Shown: positions 1 through 12,905, numbered from the stretch's first letter. The stretch: DNA of 64,000 bases from Pseudomonadota bacterium (GCA_039799905.1 JBDLRP010000039.1:96001-160000); one strand, 5' to 3'. Notes: generated by a model not told the origin, from the sequence alone. Numbers and translations: made by a program.

Positions 1-219
1 GCCTGTGATGAGAACCGGCAGCGAAAATTTGTGGCCCAGAAAGCGCCGCGATGTATCGACTTCATGTGGGGAAAACTCGGGCAGCGCCTCGGGAGCGAGA
101 AAATACGGACAAGCGCGTTGCGCGACGGACTCGACGTTTCCGTGGGCGCAAATGTCAATGTGGTTTTGTTTTCGGACGGCGGCTCTCGCAGGGGTATCTT
201 CGAGCGCGGCCGTTCGTAA
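1..219 (+). CDS. 3' end of a gene truncated by the window edge (hypothetical)
   Basis: Frame 1 is open from base 1 to TAA at 217-219 (ACDENRQRKFVAQKAPRC...GRS); followed by an AT-richer intergenic region. Confidence 0.5.
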   Translation, partial: ACDENRQRKFVAQKAPRCIDFMWGKLGQRLGSEKIRTSALRDGLDVSVGANVNVVLFSDGGSRRGIFERGRS

Positions 220-421
220 GCTTTTTTCCACAGCAAAACTCCATTCCGGTGCTGTTGTGAGTATTGATAAAGAGCTGCAACGTCAACCAATTCTTGTTTT
301 TTTAACCAGCTCTCCCCACCCTCGGCGCCTGAGTCAAAACACCGGCTCAGCCATGAACAGCATTCATTTACGAATCCGGCTAGAATCTAAGCAGTAAATG
401 CCTGAAAAAAGGGGTATCCGC

Positions 422-1945
422 ATGAAGAAGTGCAATCTTTCGACCACATTACTTGGACTTGCAACAATATTTGCAGCCGGTCAGACAGGATGCGGCAACC
501 CACCGGCTAAACCGACGCTCAGTCAGGAACAAGTGTACGGACCGCGCATAGGGAGCGTACTCCGGCTTGCGGGTGAATCCGGCATCAAGGAACGGCATCT
601 GATGGCAACTGGATTTGCCGGCGGATATTTTGGCCTTGCCGAAGGACAGAAAACCCAAGATTGGCTGGCAGACTCCGGACGCACCGGCTCACTTGCACTC
701 GATCTTCGCCTTGCCCCGCAACTCGCTGAAGTCGGGTTCCGCGAGCAAATGGACACACTTGTGAAGAAAATCCGTGAAAAAGCAGAACGGAGTCAACCCA
801 ACAACGATTTCGACTGGCTCGCCCTGATTGCAGATTCGATTGTCGGCGAGTTCGAATCGGACCCGAATTTGCGCGCTCTGCAACTGCGGCTGGTGTTGTC
901 GGACCTCATCGAGGCACACAACAACGGCTTCCATGCTGTTCTCAACGACAACGAATACTACACGCTTCCCGCAGCCGACGATTCCGAGAAGATAGATCTC
1001 CGACAGCTGGATCCAGGCCAACTGCGGTTATTGAATGGGTTTCGCTTTCAAGGAGATGGCTTTACCGATCTCAACGTCGAGGGAAACAATAAAGTTAGAA
1101 CGGGCAACTTACGAGCTTCCGAAAAACTTCCGCGCTTGATGATCCGACTCTGTCCTTCAAGCACGCTTCGCTGTTTCGAAACTATGCGCAAATCGGCAAC
1201 TCTCGGAGCGCACGTGCTGTCTTATCGAGCTCTGGGTGGTACGCATGAAACAGTTCAATTCCACGATCCGAAGCATGAACTGCTCTGGCACGATGAAGCA
1301 CAAAAGGACACCGTCACACTGGTCGTCGCCGGCATGACGGGTGCGACCCGCGAAACAATGCGACCCGATATATTTGACTGGGAAGATTATGTGGCTCTGA
1401 GATCTTTCATCCGCCGCGCAGCAGGCCGTCTGACCCAAGATGTTGCGACCGACAGCCCGAACACACTGCAACGGGAATTTTTGAAAAATAACGTGATTGA
1501 AACTCTCGGGCTTATCGACGAGAACTCCAGCAAGTCGGTTTTTCCGCTGGGTGCGACTTGGGATTCACAACTCTTTCGCGAACTGCTCAACAGTGATTCG
1601 CTTCCCAAGCAGCTGAGCCAAATCCGTATCGAAGCTCCGAGCGCAGGACAAAACATTTCCGGCAATGTCATCGAAGGGGTGGTTTATCCGGACGCCGAAA
1701 GCGGACAAATCCAAATTTATCAGGACAGCGACCAAGCCAAATCGGACGGCACGGGCTGGGAACTCGTACTGAAACGGGATTTGGACCCTAGCCAACGGCG
1801 ATTTGATTTCACCCACGAGATTCGTCGCACCGGACTGAGCGGAAATCAGTTCCGTGCTCTTAAAATCGTAAACCGTCGAAATGACGGAGCTATCCTTGGC
1901 TCACGCATCGTGCGTGTCAGACTCGACGGCATCGCGAAGCCCTGA
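422..1945 (+). CDS. hypothetical lipoprotein
   Basis: Long ORF; ATG at 422 with AGGGG upstream; signal peptide ending in lipobox-like AGQTGC; no recognisable catalytic motif. Confidence 0.75.
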   Translation: MKKCNLSTTLLGLATIFAAGQTGCGNPPAKPTLSQEQVYGPRIGSVLRLAGESGIKERHLMATGFAGGYFGLAEGQKTQDWLADSGRTGSLALDLRLAPQLAEVGFREQMDTLVKKIREKAERSQPNNDFDWLALIADSIVGEFESDPNLRALQLRLVLSDLIEAHNNGFHAVLNDNEYYTLPAADDSEKIDLRQLDPGQLRLLNGFRFQGDGFTDLNVEGNNKVRTGNLRASEKLPRLMIRLCPSSTLRCFETMRKSATLGAHVLSYRALGGTHETVQFHDPKHELLWHDEAQKDTVTLVVAGMTGATRETMRPDIFDWEDYVALRSFIRRAAGRLTQDVATDSPNTLQREFLKNNVIETLGLIDENSSKSVFPLGATWDSQLFRELLNSDSLPKQLSQIRIEAPSAGQNISGNVIEGVVYPDAESGQIQIYQDSDQAKSDGTGWELVLKRDLDPSQRRFDFTHEIRRTGLSGNQFRALKIVNRRNDGAILGSRIVRVRLDGIAKP

Positions 1946-1946
1946 T

Positions 1947-1973
1947 TCAAGGGATTTCAGCGAATTCCGATAC
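1947..1973 (+). promoter_or_regulatory. sigma28 (FliA)-like promoter
   Basis: TCAAGGGA-N11-TCCGATAC versus consensus TAAAGTTT-N11-GCCGATAA; lies upstream of the 2059 ORF. Confidence 0.55.
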
Positions 1974-2058
1974 CTCCTCTGAGGGATTTTTGACTCACTG
2001 CTAGTTTTTAGACTGGCCACTCAGTCAAGATGACCGATAGTGAACGTAAGCCTTCGGG

Positions 2059-2724
2059 TTGGCGAGCCGACCTGCGGGTCCGAGCACAGGGGAGGACACC
2101 TCTTTGGGCAATACGCCGTCAGCACAAACAGCTCTATGGACGACGGACCTCAGTCCGCAGGCATTCTTCCACGAAAAAGTTAAGGAAGCGCAGTCGCGGC
2201 AGGGCATCATGCTCAGCGAGAATGTCGAATTCTATATCGTCAACCTGTTGTGCGATTACGTTCGAGTTGACGAGGCTCGGATCAGCGACGACTGTCTTGC
2301 GCTCATTCTCAAAAAAGCTCTTGAGAGTCCGACCGGCGAACAGATTTTCCTCTACAAGAGACTCGCCGATACAGCACTTTATTTCTCCGGATTTTTTCAA
2401 GAATACTTCAACAGAAAGTGTTTTGACATCAGCTACTACGTCATGATGGGCGAAGGAGCCTACGGACAGCTTTCGCAGCTGATGCGCAAGAAAACCGGTT
2501 CCGAGTCGGCGCTGGGCGAGATCTACGGAGAGATGGCTTCGTCGTTCGGAACGGCGGTCGACATTCTCACGGATGTTTCGGAAAGCACCACTGGCTTCGA
2601 AAGCCAGCGCTCGACTTTGTCCTTATATGATGCATGGCTTTCCACGACCAGCCGCAAACTTGCAGGTGACCTGCGCAAGCGGGGAATCAATCCGGTGCGT
2701 GTTTCCAAAAAGGCGGTGCAATGA
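2059..2724 (+). CDS. conserved hypothetical alpha-helical protein (start uncertain)
   Basis: 221-aa ORF with motifs FYIVNLL, KRLADTALYFSGFF, YYVMMGEGAY; ATGA overlap with the next gene. Confidence 0.75.
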   Translation: MASRPAGPSTGEDTSLGNTPSAQTALWTTDLSPQAFFHEKVKEAQSRQGIMLSENVEFYIVNLLCDYVRVDEARISDDCLALILKKALESPTGEQIFLYKRLADTALYFSGFFQEYFNRKCFDISYYVMMGEGAYGQLSQLMRKKTGSESALGEIYGEMASSFGTAVDILTDVSESTTGFESQRSTLSLYDAWLSTTSRKLAGDLRKRGINPVRVSKKAVQ

Positions 2725-3353
2725 ATGAACACCGCTTCGAGTTGCTGATTACATCCGTCTGGTCTTTCTTGAACAACTACTACTGCCGGCAGGCACATCT
2801 CGACCCGCTCGACTTCGTTGTGGTTTCACAAAGCCGCGAAGCGCGCCTTCTCGTGGACGATTCGTCCGACGGAGATGCAGCCTTTGTTGCTATTGAATTT
2901 CCCGACGAACTGCGAAAATCAATTCTCGCAACCGAGAATATTCGGGCACATGACTTTTCCGTCGTGAGTGAGGAAGTGAGTCACTTTTTCCACTTCCTTC
3001 TCTGCGCCGAAAAAAATTCAAATATTTCAATACTAGAAATGGAAACACGTGCAGAAATTGATCGTTTCATCTGCTTTCTGCACTGGAATGATTTCTATCC
3101 ACAACTGGCCATGAAGGACAGGCCGGAGAACTGCCTTCAGCTGTGTGATCTGCTTTTCGAAAACAGGCATTTCACCAGCGTCAACGAACAGCTTTACCGT
3201 GATGCCGAGTCTCATGCATTTCATCTTTTGCGTCGTGCGTTTTCCCATTGTTGGAACAGGCGGTGGCTCGACACCACTCGTTTCGATTCTCTGGCACGAG
3301 GCTACCTGCTTGAGCGAATGAACGCTCGGAGCGAATTCGACAAAACAGGCTGA
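2721..3353 (+). CDS. conserved hypothetical protein, possibly metal-dependent hydrolase-like
   Basis: 210-aa ORF coupled to the upstream gene; EEVSHF and EMETRAEIDRF motifs. Confidence 0.7.
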   Translation: MNEHRFELLITSVWSFLNNYYCRQAHLDPLDFVVVSQSREARLLVDDSSDGDAAFVAIEFPDELRKSILATENIRAHDFSVVSEEVSHFFHFLLCAEKNSNISILEMETRAEIDRFICFLHWNDFYPQLAMKDRPENCLQLCDLLFENRHFTSVNEQLYRDAESHAFHLLRRAFSHCWNRRWLDTTRFDSLARGYLLERMNARSEFDKTG

Positions 3354-3405
3354 ACCGAAAGCATGATGCAACCGGTTCCCGAGACATGTTTGAGTTGCAA
3401 GCCGC

Positions 3406-3648
3406 CTAACAAACGTACTTGCGTGCTTCCTGTGTGCTCGCGGGTTCAAAGAACGGATCATCGATAGCACGAGTCTGATGAACCCATTTGAACCACTGTA
3501 TGCTTTGCTCGACGAGCCAATAATGACTCACAATACAACTTGCAGGAATATTCTCGTGACAAAACGACAATGCTTCCTGCTCGCTCGCTGTCGGGTTGTG
3601 CTGAACCCAACTGCGAAAGGCCTCCTTGAAGTGATTCTTATCGAACAT
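3406..3648 (-). CDS. small hypothetical protein (80 aa)
   Basis: ATG at 3648 preceded by an AGGAGAG RBS; MFDKNHFKEAFRSWV... Confidence 0.7.
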   Translation of the reverse strand: MFDKNHFKEAFRSWVQHNPTASEQEALSFCHENIPASCIVSHYWLVEQSIQWFKWVHQTRAIDDPFFEPASTQEARKYVC

Positions 3649-3678
3649 TTTGTCTCTCCTCTTCCACATGCATCTGGC

Positions 3679-3705
3679 AGTTCGGAATTTTTTGCCCAAT
3701 ATTTA
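3679..3705 (-). promoter_or_regulatory. sigma28-like promoter
   Basis: Minus strand TAAATATT-N11-TCCGAACT, ~30 nt upstream of the ATG at 3648. Confidence 0.5.
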
Positions 3706-3780
3706 GAACTATTTGCCCAGTGGAAAATTCGCCGTTAACCTAAGCCAGCCAACCGCCTATCTTTTTCGCAGGGAGTTTTT

Positions 3781-4509
3781 ATGAGCGAAAATCCAACCCT
3801 CTCGGACTGCATGAACGTCTCTCTTTTTCAGCTAGATGAAGAGGTTGCAAAGTGCCTGAGGGTTCATGTTTTGCAATTTCTGAAAAGCCGCACCTACCCT
3901 TGGGAACTTCTCGGCCAGCCGCTGGCAGACTTCGTACAACAGTCCATCTCAAACATTCCGGCGGATAAAAGACTGAGCGGAACAATCAGTCCACATGCAT
4001 TTCTTGAAAATAAGGATTCCATCGTCGTTGAGGCGGGTGCCATCATCGAGGCTGGTGCATTTGTCAGCGGTCCGACGTACATCGAATCGGGCGCAACCGT
4101 ACGGCACGGAGCCTATATCCGCGGTCAGGTATATGTCTGTTCTGGTGCCGTGGTAGGCCACACAAGTGAACTCAAAGGCGCACTTTTACTCAATCAGGCA
4201 AAGGCCGCGCACTTCGCGTACGTGGGCGACAGCGTCCTTGGAATCGACTGCAACCTCGGAGCAGGCACAAAATGCGCAAATCTGCGCCTCGACCACGGCC
4301 AAGTGCCGGTCCGCGTCGATGGTACAAGTGTTTCTAGCGGGCTAAAAAAATTCGGCGCGGTTTTTGCCAACCGCGCCCAGACGGGATGCAATGCAGTGCT
4401 CAACCCAGGTTCTATCCTGTTGCCCAATGCCATTGTCATGCCCAACAGCACTGGTCAGGGCGTCATTGCAGCAAGAAAGGCATTCAAGCCGCGTAAGAGT
4501 CCTGCATAA
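3781..4509 (+). CDS. hexapeptide-repeat (left-handed beta-helix) acetyltransferase, GlmU C-terminal-like
   Basis: Hexapeptide repeats plus GAYIRG, AAHFAYVGDSVLG, NLGAGTKCANLR; no nucleotidyltransferase domain. Confidence 0.85.
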   Translation: MSENPTLSDCMNVSLFQLDEEVAKCLRVHVLQFLKSRTYPWELLGQPLADFVQQSISNIPADKRLSGTISPHAFLENKDSIVVEAGAIIEAGAFVSGPTYIESGATVRHGAYIRGQVYVCSGAVVGHTSELKGALLLNQAKAAHFAYVGDSVLGIDCNLGAGTKCANLRLDHGQVPVRVDGTSVSSGLKKFGAVFANRAQTGCNAVLNPGSILLPNAIVMPNSTGQGVIAARKAFKPRKSPA

Positions 4510-4966
4510 CCGCCAGATGGACTCTTTCGAGCCGCAGCGAGCAACGCTCCTCCACATGGCTGTCACGGACCGAATTTGAATCCATGGAAATGTCGATACG
4601 CTCGCTCGAGACAAGGTCGAAGTGAAAGCGCACAACCGTTCCGTTGGGTCTGACACCCTCAAAACTAAAAACTCTTCCAGCCGGGTGGTTCGAGAGCATT
4701 GGCTCATTCACGGCATGCATCGCATGCAGCTGCTCCCGACCATCAAAGTACTGAATCTCCAAATGCTCGCCAGCATCTTGCGAAAGTACGAAATATACAT
4801 CCATCAGCGAGCCGTCGGAATCCACGGAGGCAACCTCCAGCCGCAATCCGTAGCAAACCCCTGGAATCACTTCCCTGCCGGAAAATGTGCAGTGAATTTC
4901 AGTGCCGTCCTTCATTTGTCCGATTCCCCTGAAATCTCCCAAAGCAGGAGCAAAAGCTCGAATCAT
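4484..4966 (-). CDS. hypothetical protein
   Basis: ATG at 4966 with a GGAGG RBS; beta-rich-looking sequence. Confidence 0.65.
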   Translation of the reverse strand: MIRAFAPALGDFRGIGQMKDGTEIHCTFSGREVIPGVCYGLRLEVASVDSDGSLMDVYFVLSQDAGEHLEIQYFDGREQLHAMHAVNEPMLSNHPAGRVFSFEGVRPNGTVVRFHFDLVSSERIDISMDSNSVRDSHVEERCSLRLERVHLAVMQDSYAA

Positions 4967-5013
4967 AAAGCCTCCTGAAGCAAACCCAGAGTGTTCCAAA
5001 CCCTCTTTTGCAT

Positions 5014-5040
5014 CCTTCGGCGCCCCTGACGAGGACTTAA
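5014..5040 (-). promoter_or_regulatory. sigma28-like promoter
   Basis: Minus strand TTAAGTCC-N11-GCCGAAGG upstream of the 4966 start. Confidence 0.6.
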
Positions 5041-5066
5041 GTTTATTTTGATCAAAAACAATTTAA

Positions 5067-8000
5067 TTAATAAGAATTGAGTATTTTCCGGATAGTAAAC
5101 AACGACAACAACACGCTATCCCTGCCGCGAGTTTGAAATTTTATTGGAATCTCGGCCTCGAGTCTTAGGTATGCAGACGGTTCCTCGCCCCATGGCGCCG
5201 AGAACTCGGCCGCCAGTTCGAGCAAACGCGCGTGGTGGGGAATTTCTCTGATCAATTGTTTGGCCAGTTGTTTGGCCTCGCGGGTCTTTCCTTGGCGCAT
5301 CATCACCCAGACGCGGTCGGCACCCACAAATCCCAAGTCGTTCTTGCTCACAGCCAAGCGGCTTGCCTGCGCGACCGCCGCTTCTACGGCACTCACCTGA
5401 CCCAAAACTCGGTGAGCGCGGGCACTCAGTATCCAATATTGAATCTCGTTGCTGAGTTCAGGAAAACGGCGACGAGCATCTTCCAGAGCCACAATGTAGG
5501 TCTTCAAGGATTCTCGGTCATTAAGACCCGCGGCCACTTTGATTCCAAGAAATAACCATTCCACAAACAAATAAGGCATGCTGCTCATTCTTTGTGTGGC
5601 GTTGATAAACTGCCGCGTTTGTAGCTGGCCGAACTTTCCGCCGGCCTGCCTTTGCTCTTCGCTGAGATTAGGCCCGATCTGTTCGAGGATCATCGCGTGT
5701 GCGCCAATGTAGTCGCCCGCCTGGGCTGCCAGTTGTCCTTCAATCAGCCGCGCAATCGATGAAAATCCCCGCTCGGCGAACAATGGCGATAATCGTGCAC
5801 GCGTTTCTCGGGGTTCGCTCGCCTTTGCCTGCGAGATTGAGTTAAAAATCCAGGAGCTCATCGCCAAATCGGAATCCATGTCGGGCTCATCCGCCAGAAA
5901 AGTCATCATCGGAAACTCGTAGTGACGCATCATCAAATTCAAAAAGGCAGGAAGCATGTAGGAACCGATGTCCTGCCCGAATTTCTCCGGAGCAAGCCTG
6001 ACTTCAATGTTCTTCTTGCGAGTGTTGTCCAAGGCAGAAAGATAGGAAATGCGTTCCCTGTCGCCGATTTGCAAAAACTTTCGCGCGAACATCGCCGACA
6101 GCTGCAAGTTCCATTCCGTTGTCAAAAAAGGGCCCTTGTCAGCAAGATCGTCGGTAAAATTAACAAACACCTCGAGCGTTCGTTCATTGATCCGCGCTGC
6201 CACGGTGAGGAGTTTGAGCCATTCACGCCATTGGACGTTGGCACCGTTCATACGCAACTCAAGAGCGTCAATCACTGTGTTGGCGTCTTCCTCATTGCCC
6301 ATGACCAAATAACTTCTTGCCGCGTGCAAGCAGGTCTCCACTTCACTGCTCTTGGCCGGGTCGTTGCATGCCTGTCTGAACAGTATGTACGCCTTTTGGT
6401 AGGCGCCCACCTGCATATAGAAGCGTGCTGTTATCTCACGCAAAGCCGCCTTTTGAAGGGGATCTGTCTTGCCGAACTCCGCTGGCAGCGTTTTGATCAA
6501 TGAAAAAACACGGCGTGGCTGAGCCCTGTCCAGAGCCAGGCTCACTTCAATCAGCGGAATGAGCAATTTGTTGCTTTCCGAATATCGTGAGACGGGTCGG
6601 GTCAGAATGTTTTCAAGTTCGAGCGAATCATCATCCGGCTCACCCAATCCGTCCTCACCCTTTGAGTCCGACGACGCGTCACCGGCAACAGCCTGCATTT
6701 TCTTGTTTGTCCCCGCGGCAATGTTGGGCGAGGACTTTTCCTTGGCAGAAAGCTCTTTTTTGTCCTTGCCCGAAGGGGTGACCTGCGCGTCGGTTTTGCC
6801 GCCCTTGCCGGGTGCTTTTTTGTTCTCTTTCGAGTCTTTGCCAGACCGAGATTTTCCAGCGCCCGGTGTTTCCGATTGCGTCGGAGATGCGATTTCCGTG
6901 GACATACCCTGAGTCAAATCAACTTTGCTCATTCTCTTGGTGATCAAAAGAGCGATAAGCAACATTGCAAATATGGTCATCCCGAGCAGAATTCTCTGCT
7001 CTTTCGACAAACCACGTGCAGCAGCTGGCGCTGCAGACTTCCCGTCCATGCTTTGAACGAATGTCTGTCCTGCGTTTGTCTCGCCTGAGCCTCCGTCGTT
7101 TGGTTTACCCTTTGCTCCCTGACCTGCGGCGGGCTTTTTGCCAGCTGCCGCGCCTTTATCTTTGCCTTGTGCTGTACCGGCCTTGGTATTGCCGGCTTTC
7201 GTCTTTTCTTCCTTGCCCTCTGTAGCCTTACCGCCGGCTTGCGTTGACTCGCTCTTGCTATTTGCTCCACTCGCCTTTGCAGACGCAGCCGGCGAGATCA
7301 CTTCGGACATTTTTGAAGGTGCTGGCGATGGAGCCTGAGGTGGAGGAGAGGGAATCTGCGCGGCAGGTGGAGGGGCATACTGCGGAGCCACAAATAACGA
7401 CGAAGTATCAAGCGGCGCTTGAGCAGTGACTGCTGAATCCGGTGTTGCCACTGATGTCGCGATTGTCTTCTCATCTCCCGATCCAACAACGCCTTCGCCA
7501 ACCTGTGAGTTGAACGCTTTCGTCTCTTCGGTAATTTGAGTTTTATCTTCGGAGGCTACAAAAGCCGCGCCGGAAATCAACGTGCTGCCATCTGCCGGCA
7601 ACGCAAAAACTTCGCTCCCCGGTGAGGCAATCATGGTGTTTCTGTTATCATCGGGTGCGGTCTGAATACCGCGCAGAACTTCTGCAACGAACATATCCTG
7701 CAGACCCGCGCCACCTCCCAAGGATTCCGGAAGTGGCTCGTCGACCATCACCAGTGGCGAGGAGGCGCGTGTTGAATCAGTGCTCGCGACTCCATCATCC
7801 AAACGCAATCCATGATCGAATTGTGCAGAAACAAATTGTCCGGGTTGTCCAATCTCCAGCGCAGGAATGCTGTCGGAATCACCTACGGCAGTCGCCGGTG
7901 ATTCCTTTGATTCAACTTGTGCATTCTGCTGCTGAGCGGCTTGTTCTACAGAAAAATCTATTTCGAACGAGGGTGCGGAAGAATTCTTCTCATTTTCAGG

Positions 8001-8135
8001 CACGGCTTCCGAATCCCGTTCGTCCGCCTTTGGAGCGGAATCGGGCAACTGCCACGCGTTATATTTTTTATCGAAAACCCCACCCATCGGGTACAATCCC
8101 CGTAAAGCATTCTCGTACCTTTGGATTTTCGGCAA
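5067..8135 (-). CDS. large bitopic membrane protein: disordered N-terminus, one TM helix, low-complexity linker, TPR-like helical C-terminus (start may be ATG 8087)
   Basis: 1022-aa ORF; Pro/Ala/Lys/Gly-rich tracts; TM ILLGMTIFAMLLIALLIT; helical repeats in the C-terminal half. Confidence 0.75.
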   Translation of the reverse strand: MPKIQRYENALRGLYPMGGVFDKKYNAWQLPDSAPKADERDSEAVPENEKNSSAPSFEIDFSVEQAAQQQNAQVESKESPATAVGDSDSIPALEIGQPGQFVSAQFDHGLRLDDGVASTDSTRASSPLVMVDEPLPESLGGGAGLQDMFVAEVLRGIQTAPDDNRNTMIASPGSEVFALPADGSTLISGAAFVASEDKTQITEETKAFNSQVGEGVVGSGDEKTIATSVATPDSAVTAQAPLDTSSLFVAPQYAPPPAAQIPSPPPQAPSPAPSKMSEVISPAASAKASGANSKSESTQAGGKATEGKEEKTKAGNTKAGTAQGKDKGAAAGKKPAAGQGAKGKPNDGGSGETNAGQTFVQSMDGKSAAPAAARGLSKEQRILLGMTIFAMLLIALLITKRMSKVDLTQGMSTEIASPTQSETPGAGKSRSGKDSKENKKAPGKGGKTDAQVTPSGKDKKELSAKEKSSPNIAAGTNKKMQAVAGDASSDSKGEDGLGEPDDDSLELENILTRPVSRYSESNKLLIPLIEVSLALDRAQPRRVFSLIKTLPAEFGKTDPLQKAALREITARFYMQVGAYQKAYILFRQACNDPAKSSEVETCLHAARSYLVMGNEEDANTVIDALELRMNGANVQWREWLKLLTVAARINERTLEVFVNFTDDLADKGPFLTTEWNLQLSAMFARKFLQIGDRERISYLSALDNTRKKNIEVRLAPEKFGQDIGSYMLPAFLNLMMRHYEFPMMTFLADEPDMDSDLAMSSWIFNSISQAKASEPRETRARLSPLFAERGFSSIARLIEGQLAAQAGDYIGAHAMILEQIGPNLSEEQRQAGGKFGQLQTRQFINATQRMSSMPYLFVEWLFLGIKVAAGLNDRESLKTYIVALEDARRRFPELSNEIQYWILSARAHRVLGQVSAVEAAVAQASRLAVSKNDLGFVGADRVWVMMRQGKTREAKQLAKQLIREIPHHARLLELAAEFSAPWGEEPSAYLRLEAEIPIKFQTRGRDSVLLSLFTIRKILNSY

Positions 8136-8161
8136 AAACGAAGAAAAAATTGCGGAACGAT

Positions 8162-10628
<2,467 letters not shown>

Positions 10629-10632
<4 letters not shown>

Positions 10633-11831
10633 TTTTCAATAACAATTCTTTTCAAATGGGCACCCAAGCGCGCGCATATTTCGTATTGAATGGTCTGCGC
10701 CCAGCCGGCCAACATCTCGGCACTGACCGTCTCCTGTCCATCGCTTCCCAAGAGAGTCGCAACAACCGGACTGTCATCACCCGCGATGCCCGTCACGTCA
10801 ACCACGATATGATTCATCATCACTCTGCCGAGAACAGCGGCGCGGTGACCGTTGACCAAGACATGCGCACGTCCCGACAACAAACGCGGATATCCGTCAA
10901 AATAGCCGACCGGAAAAACAGCGATGCGGGTCGCGCGCTCACAGCGAAAAGAACAGCCGTAACCGACGTAAGCGCCGGCAGGCAGGTCCTTGATTATCTG
11001 TGACCTGCATCTCCAACTCAGCACCGGTAGTAGTCGGGGTAATTCGGGATGAACAATCCGCGCCGACAAACGGGTTTCGGCCGACGGCCAGAAGCCGTAA
11101 AGGGAAATTCCCACACGCACCGAATCGCAGCGGGCATCGGGAAGAATCAGCGTTGCGGCACTTGCCGCGATATGCCGCTCCAGATTTGTGCCTTGAGTGC
11201 CCAAAAGCTGCCCGACTTCGCGGATTCCATCGGCGAAATTGCGCAGCTGAGTTTCGGCATACTGCTGTTCGGTGACGTCCTCGGTGTTGGCAAAATGCGA
11301 CAGCACGCCACGCAAAAGAAAGGGCGAGTCGGGAGACGACAGAAATGCGAGTTTTGCGGCAATTTCACTCGGGAAAAAACCTTCACGCGAAAGACCAGTC
11401 TCGATGTGAACGTGAGCTGTTGCACGCAGCCCGCGCGAACGGAGTGCCGCTGCCGCGGCCGGCACACCGTCATCCGCTAAAGTGACCTCCACGCCGGCCT
11501 CGGCCAACCGCACGTACTCGTCGGGCTCCGTCGCCCCAATCACCAAAAGCCTGCGCTGCGGCCAAGCCCGCTCGGACTCCATTTTGCGAATTTCCAATGC
11601 GTCATTTGGAGAAATCAAATGAATCATATCAACAAGTGGGTGCACTACCGGCAAGATTTCCAGCAGACCGTGTCCGTACGCGTTGGCCTTAAGCACAACG
11701 CCCAATGCCGGCTCGGGAGTTCCACCTGCATGGGCAGACTTTTTCAATAAGCCCCTGAAAATTTGAATATTAGTGCGGAGCGCTTGAGCATCTAGCTCAA
11801 TCCAAGAAGAGTGCATTGACGCGCTGCTCAT
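10629..11831 (-). CDS. alr: alanine racemase
   Basis: VLKANAYGHG PLP lysine motif, SHFA, RVGISLYG, GYFDGYPR, GRVMMN. Confidence 0.96.
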
Positions 11832-12030
11832 TTTTGCCTCCTGCCTGCCTACCGCCGGTAGGCTGCTTCAATCCTGCCAGAAATTTCAGAGATATGCGTG
11901 TCCTGCGTCTGATACGTACCATTGAGTCAAAGACACGCCAGCCCACTTGGGATGGAAGCTGCAATCCCTTAGACTCATAGAAATGGAGTCTGCGTCCATG
12001 TGCAGTGCTCCCGAGGAGATACACCGGCCG

Positions 12031-12762
12031 ATGAGGCAAACTGTTTGCTACAGCCGCGAACGCCAGACTTTGCTGCGTGCCCTGATTTATTCGGGATGCG
12101 CGCTCGCTGTCTTTTTCAGTTCGCATGTCTTGGCGAACGGCAAAGCCTCGAAAAGCCTACAGCTGGTTGGCGCGATTGTCAGTGCCCGCGGCGGCGTCGC
12201 ACTTGTAAAGAACAGGGACACGTCGGAAGTGAAGGCGTTCAAAACCGGTGAAGACGTCTATCGCATGGGCACCCTTCTGAGCGTCGACCGCGCTCAGATG
12301 ATTCTCGTCGAAAACGACGGCCAGATGACGATGATTTCCAACAAGCTCGGCGGCATGTCGGCGAGTCAGGGCCCGCGTGTCGCAAAGGTGATTGTCTCAA
12401 ATGCGGACCGCCATATCGAAGACGGCTTTCAGCGTGTCGGAACCCGTATCGAAGTCGACGGCAGGTACCGGGACAGGCTCATCCGCGAGGAGTTGCCCAA
12501 CATCCTGATGCAGGCGTCGAGCGAACCCGTGGTGGTCAACGGTGAGATCACCGGTTTTCGAATCTTCCAGTTTGACCAGAATTCAATCTTCCACAAACTA
12601 GGCTTGCAAGACGGCGATGTTGTTCGTGAAATCAATGGCATCCCGCTCAACAACGTGGCCCGAACCATCCAGTTTCTCAACGGCCTGCGCGAAGAAAACA
12701 ATGTGCAGGTCAACATCATGCGCAACGGATCACCGGTGACCATGGAGCTCAACGTACGGTAA
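12031..12762 (+). CDS. type II secretion GspC-like PDZ protein
   Basis: N-terminal hydrophobic segment, LQLVG HR-like region, C-terminal PDZ (GLQDGDVVREINGIPL). Confidence 0.8.
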   Translation: MRQTVCYSRERQTLLRALIYSGCALAVFFSSHVLANGKASKSLQLVGAIVSARGGVALVKNRDTSEVKAFKTGEDVYRMGTLLSVDRAQMILVENDGQMTMISNKLGGMSASQGPRVAKVIVSNADRHIEDGFQRVGTRIEVDGRYRDRLIREELPNILMQASSEPVVVNGEITGFRIFQFDQNSIFHKLGLQDGDVVREINGIPLNNVARTIQFLNGLREENNVQVNIMRNGSPVTMELNVR

Positions 12763-12782
12763 TCCTTCCTCTCAAGAAGTGG

Positions 12783-12811
12783 TTGACACCTGATCTCTCT
12801 TCGTCTATCAC
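12783..12811 (+). promoter_or_regulatory. sigma70 promoter for rpmF
   Basis: TTGACA-N17-TATCAC. Confidence 0.65.
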
Positions 12812-12905
12812 CCCCCTTGCTTAAGAGTCCGGGCGCGTCGGGAAGGTTTTGTTTGGAGCTCCAAACCCCAGTGAAGACGCCCCTTATCGTTATCGAGGTT
12901 GTACC

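Noticed and set aside
6560..7440. Tandem DNA repeat
   Set aside because: The low complexity is at protein level (Pro/Ala/Lys/Gly); no exact nucleotide repeat unit seen
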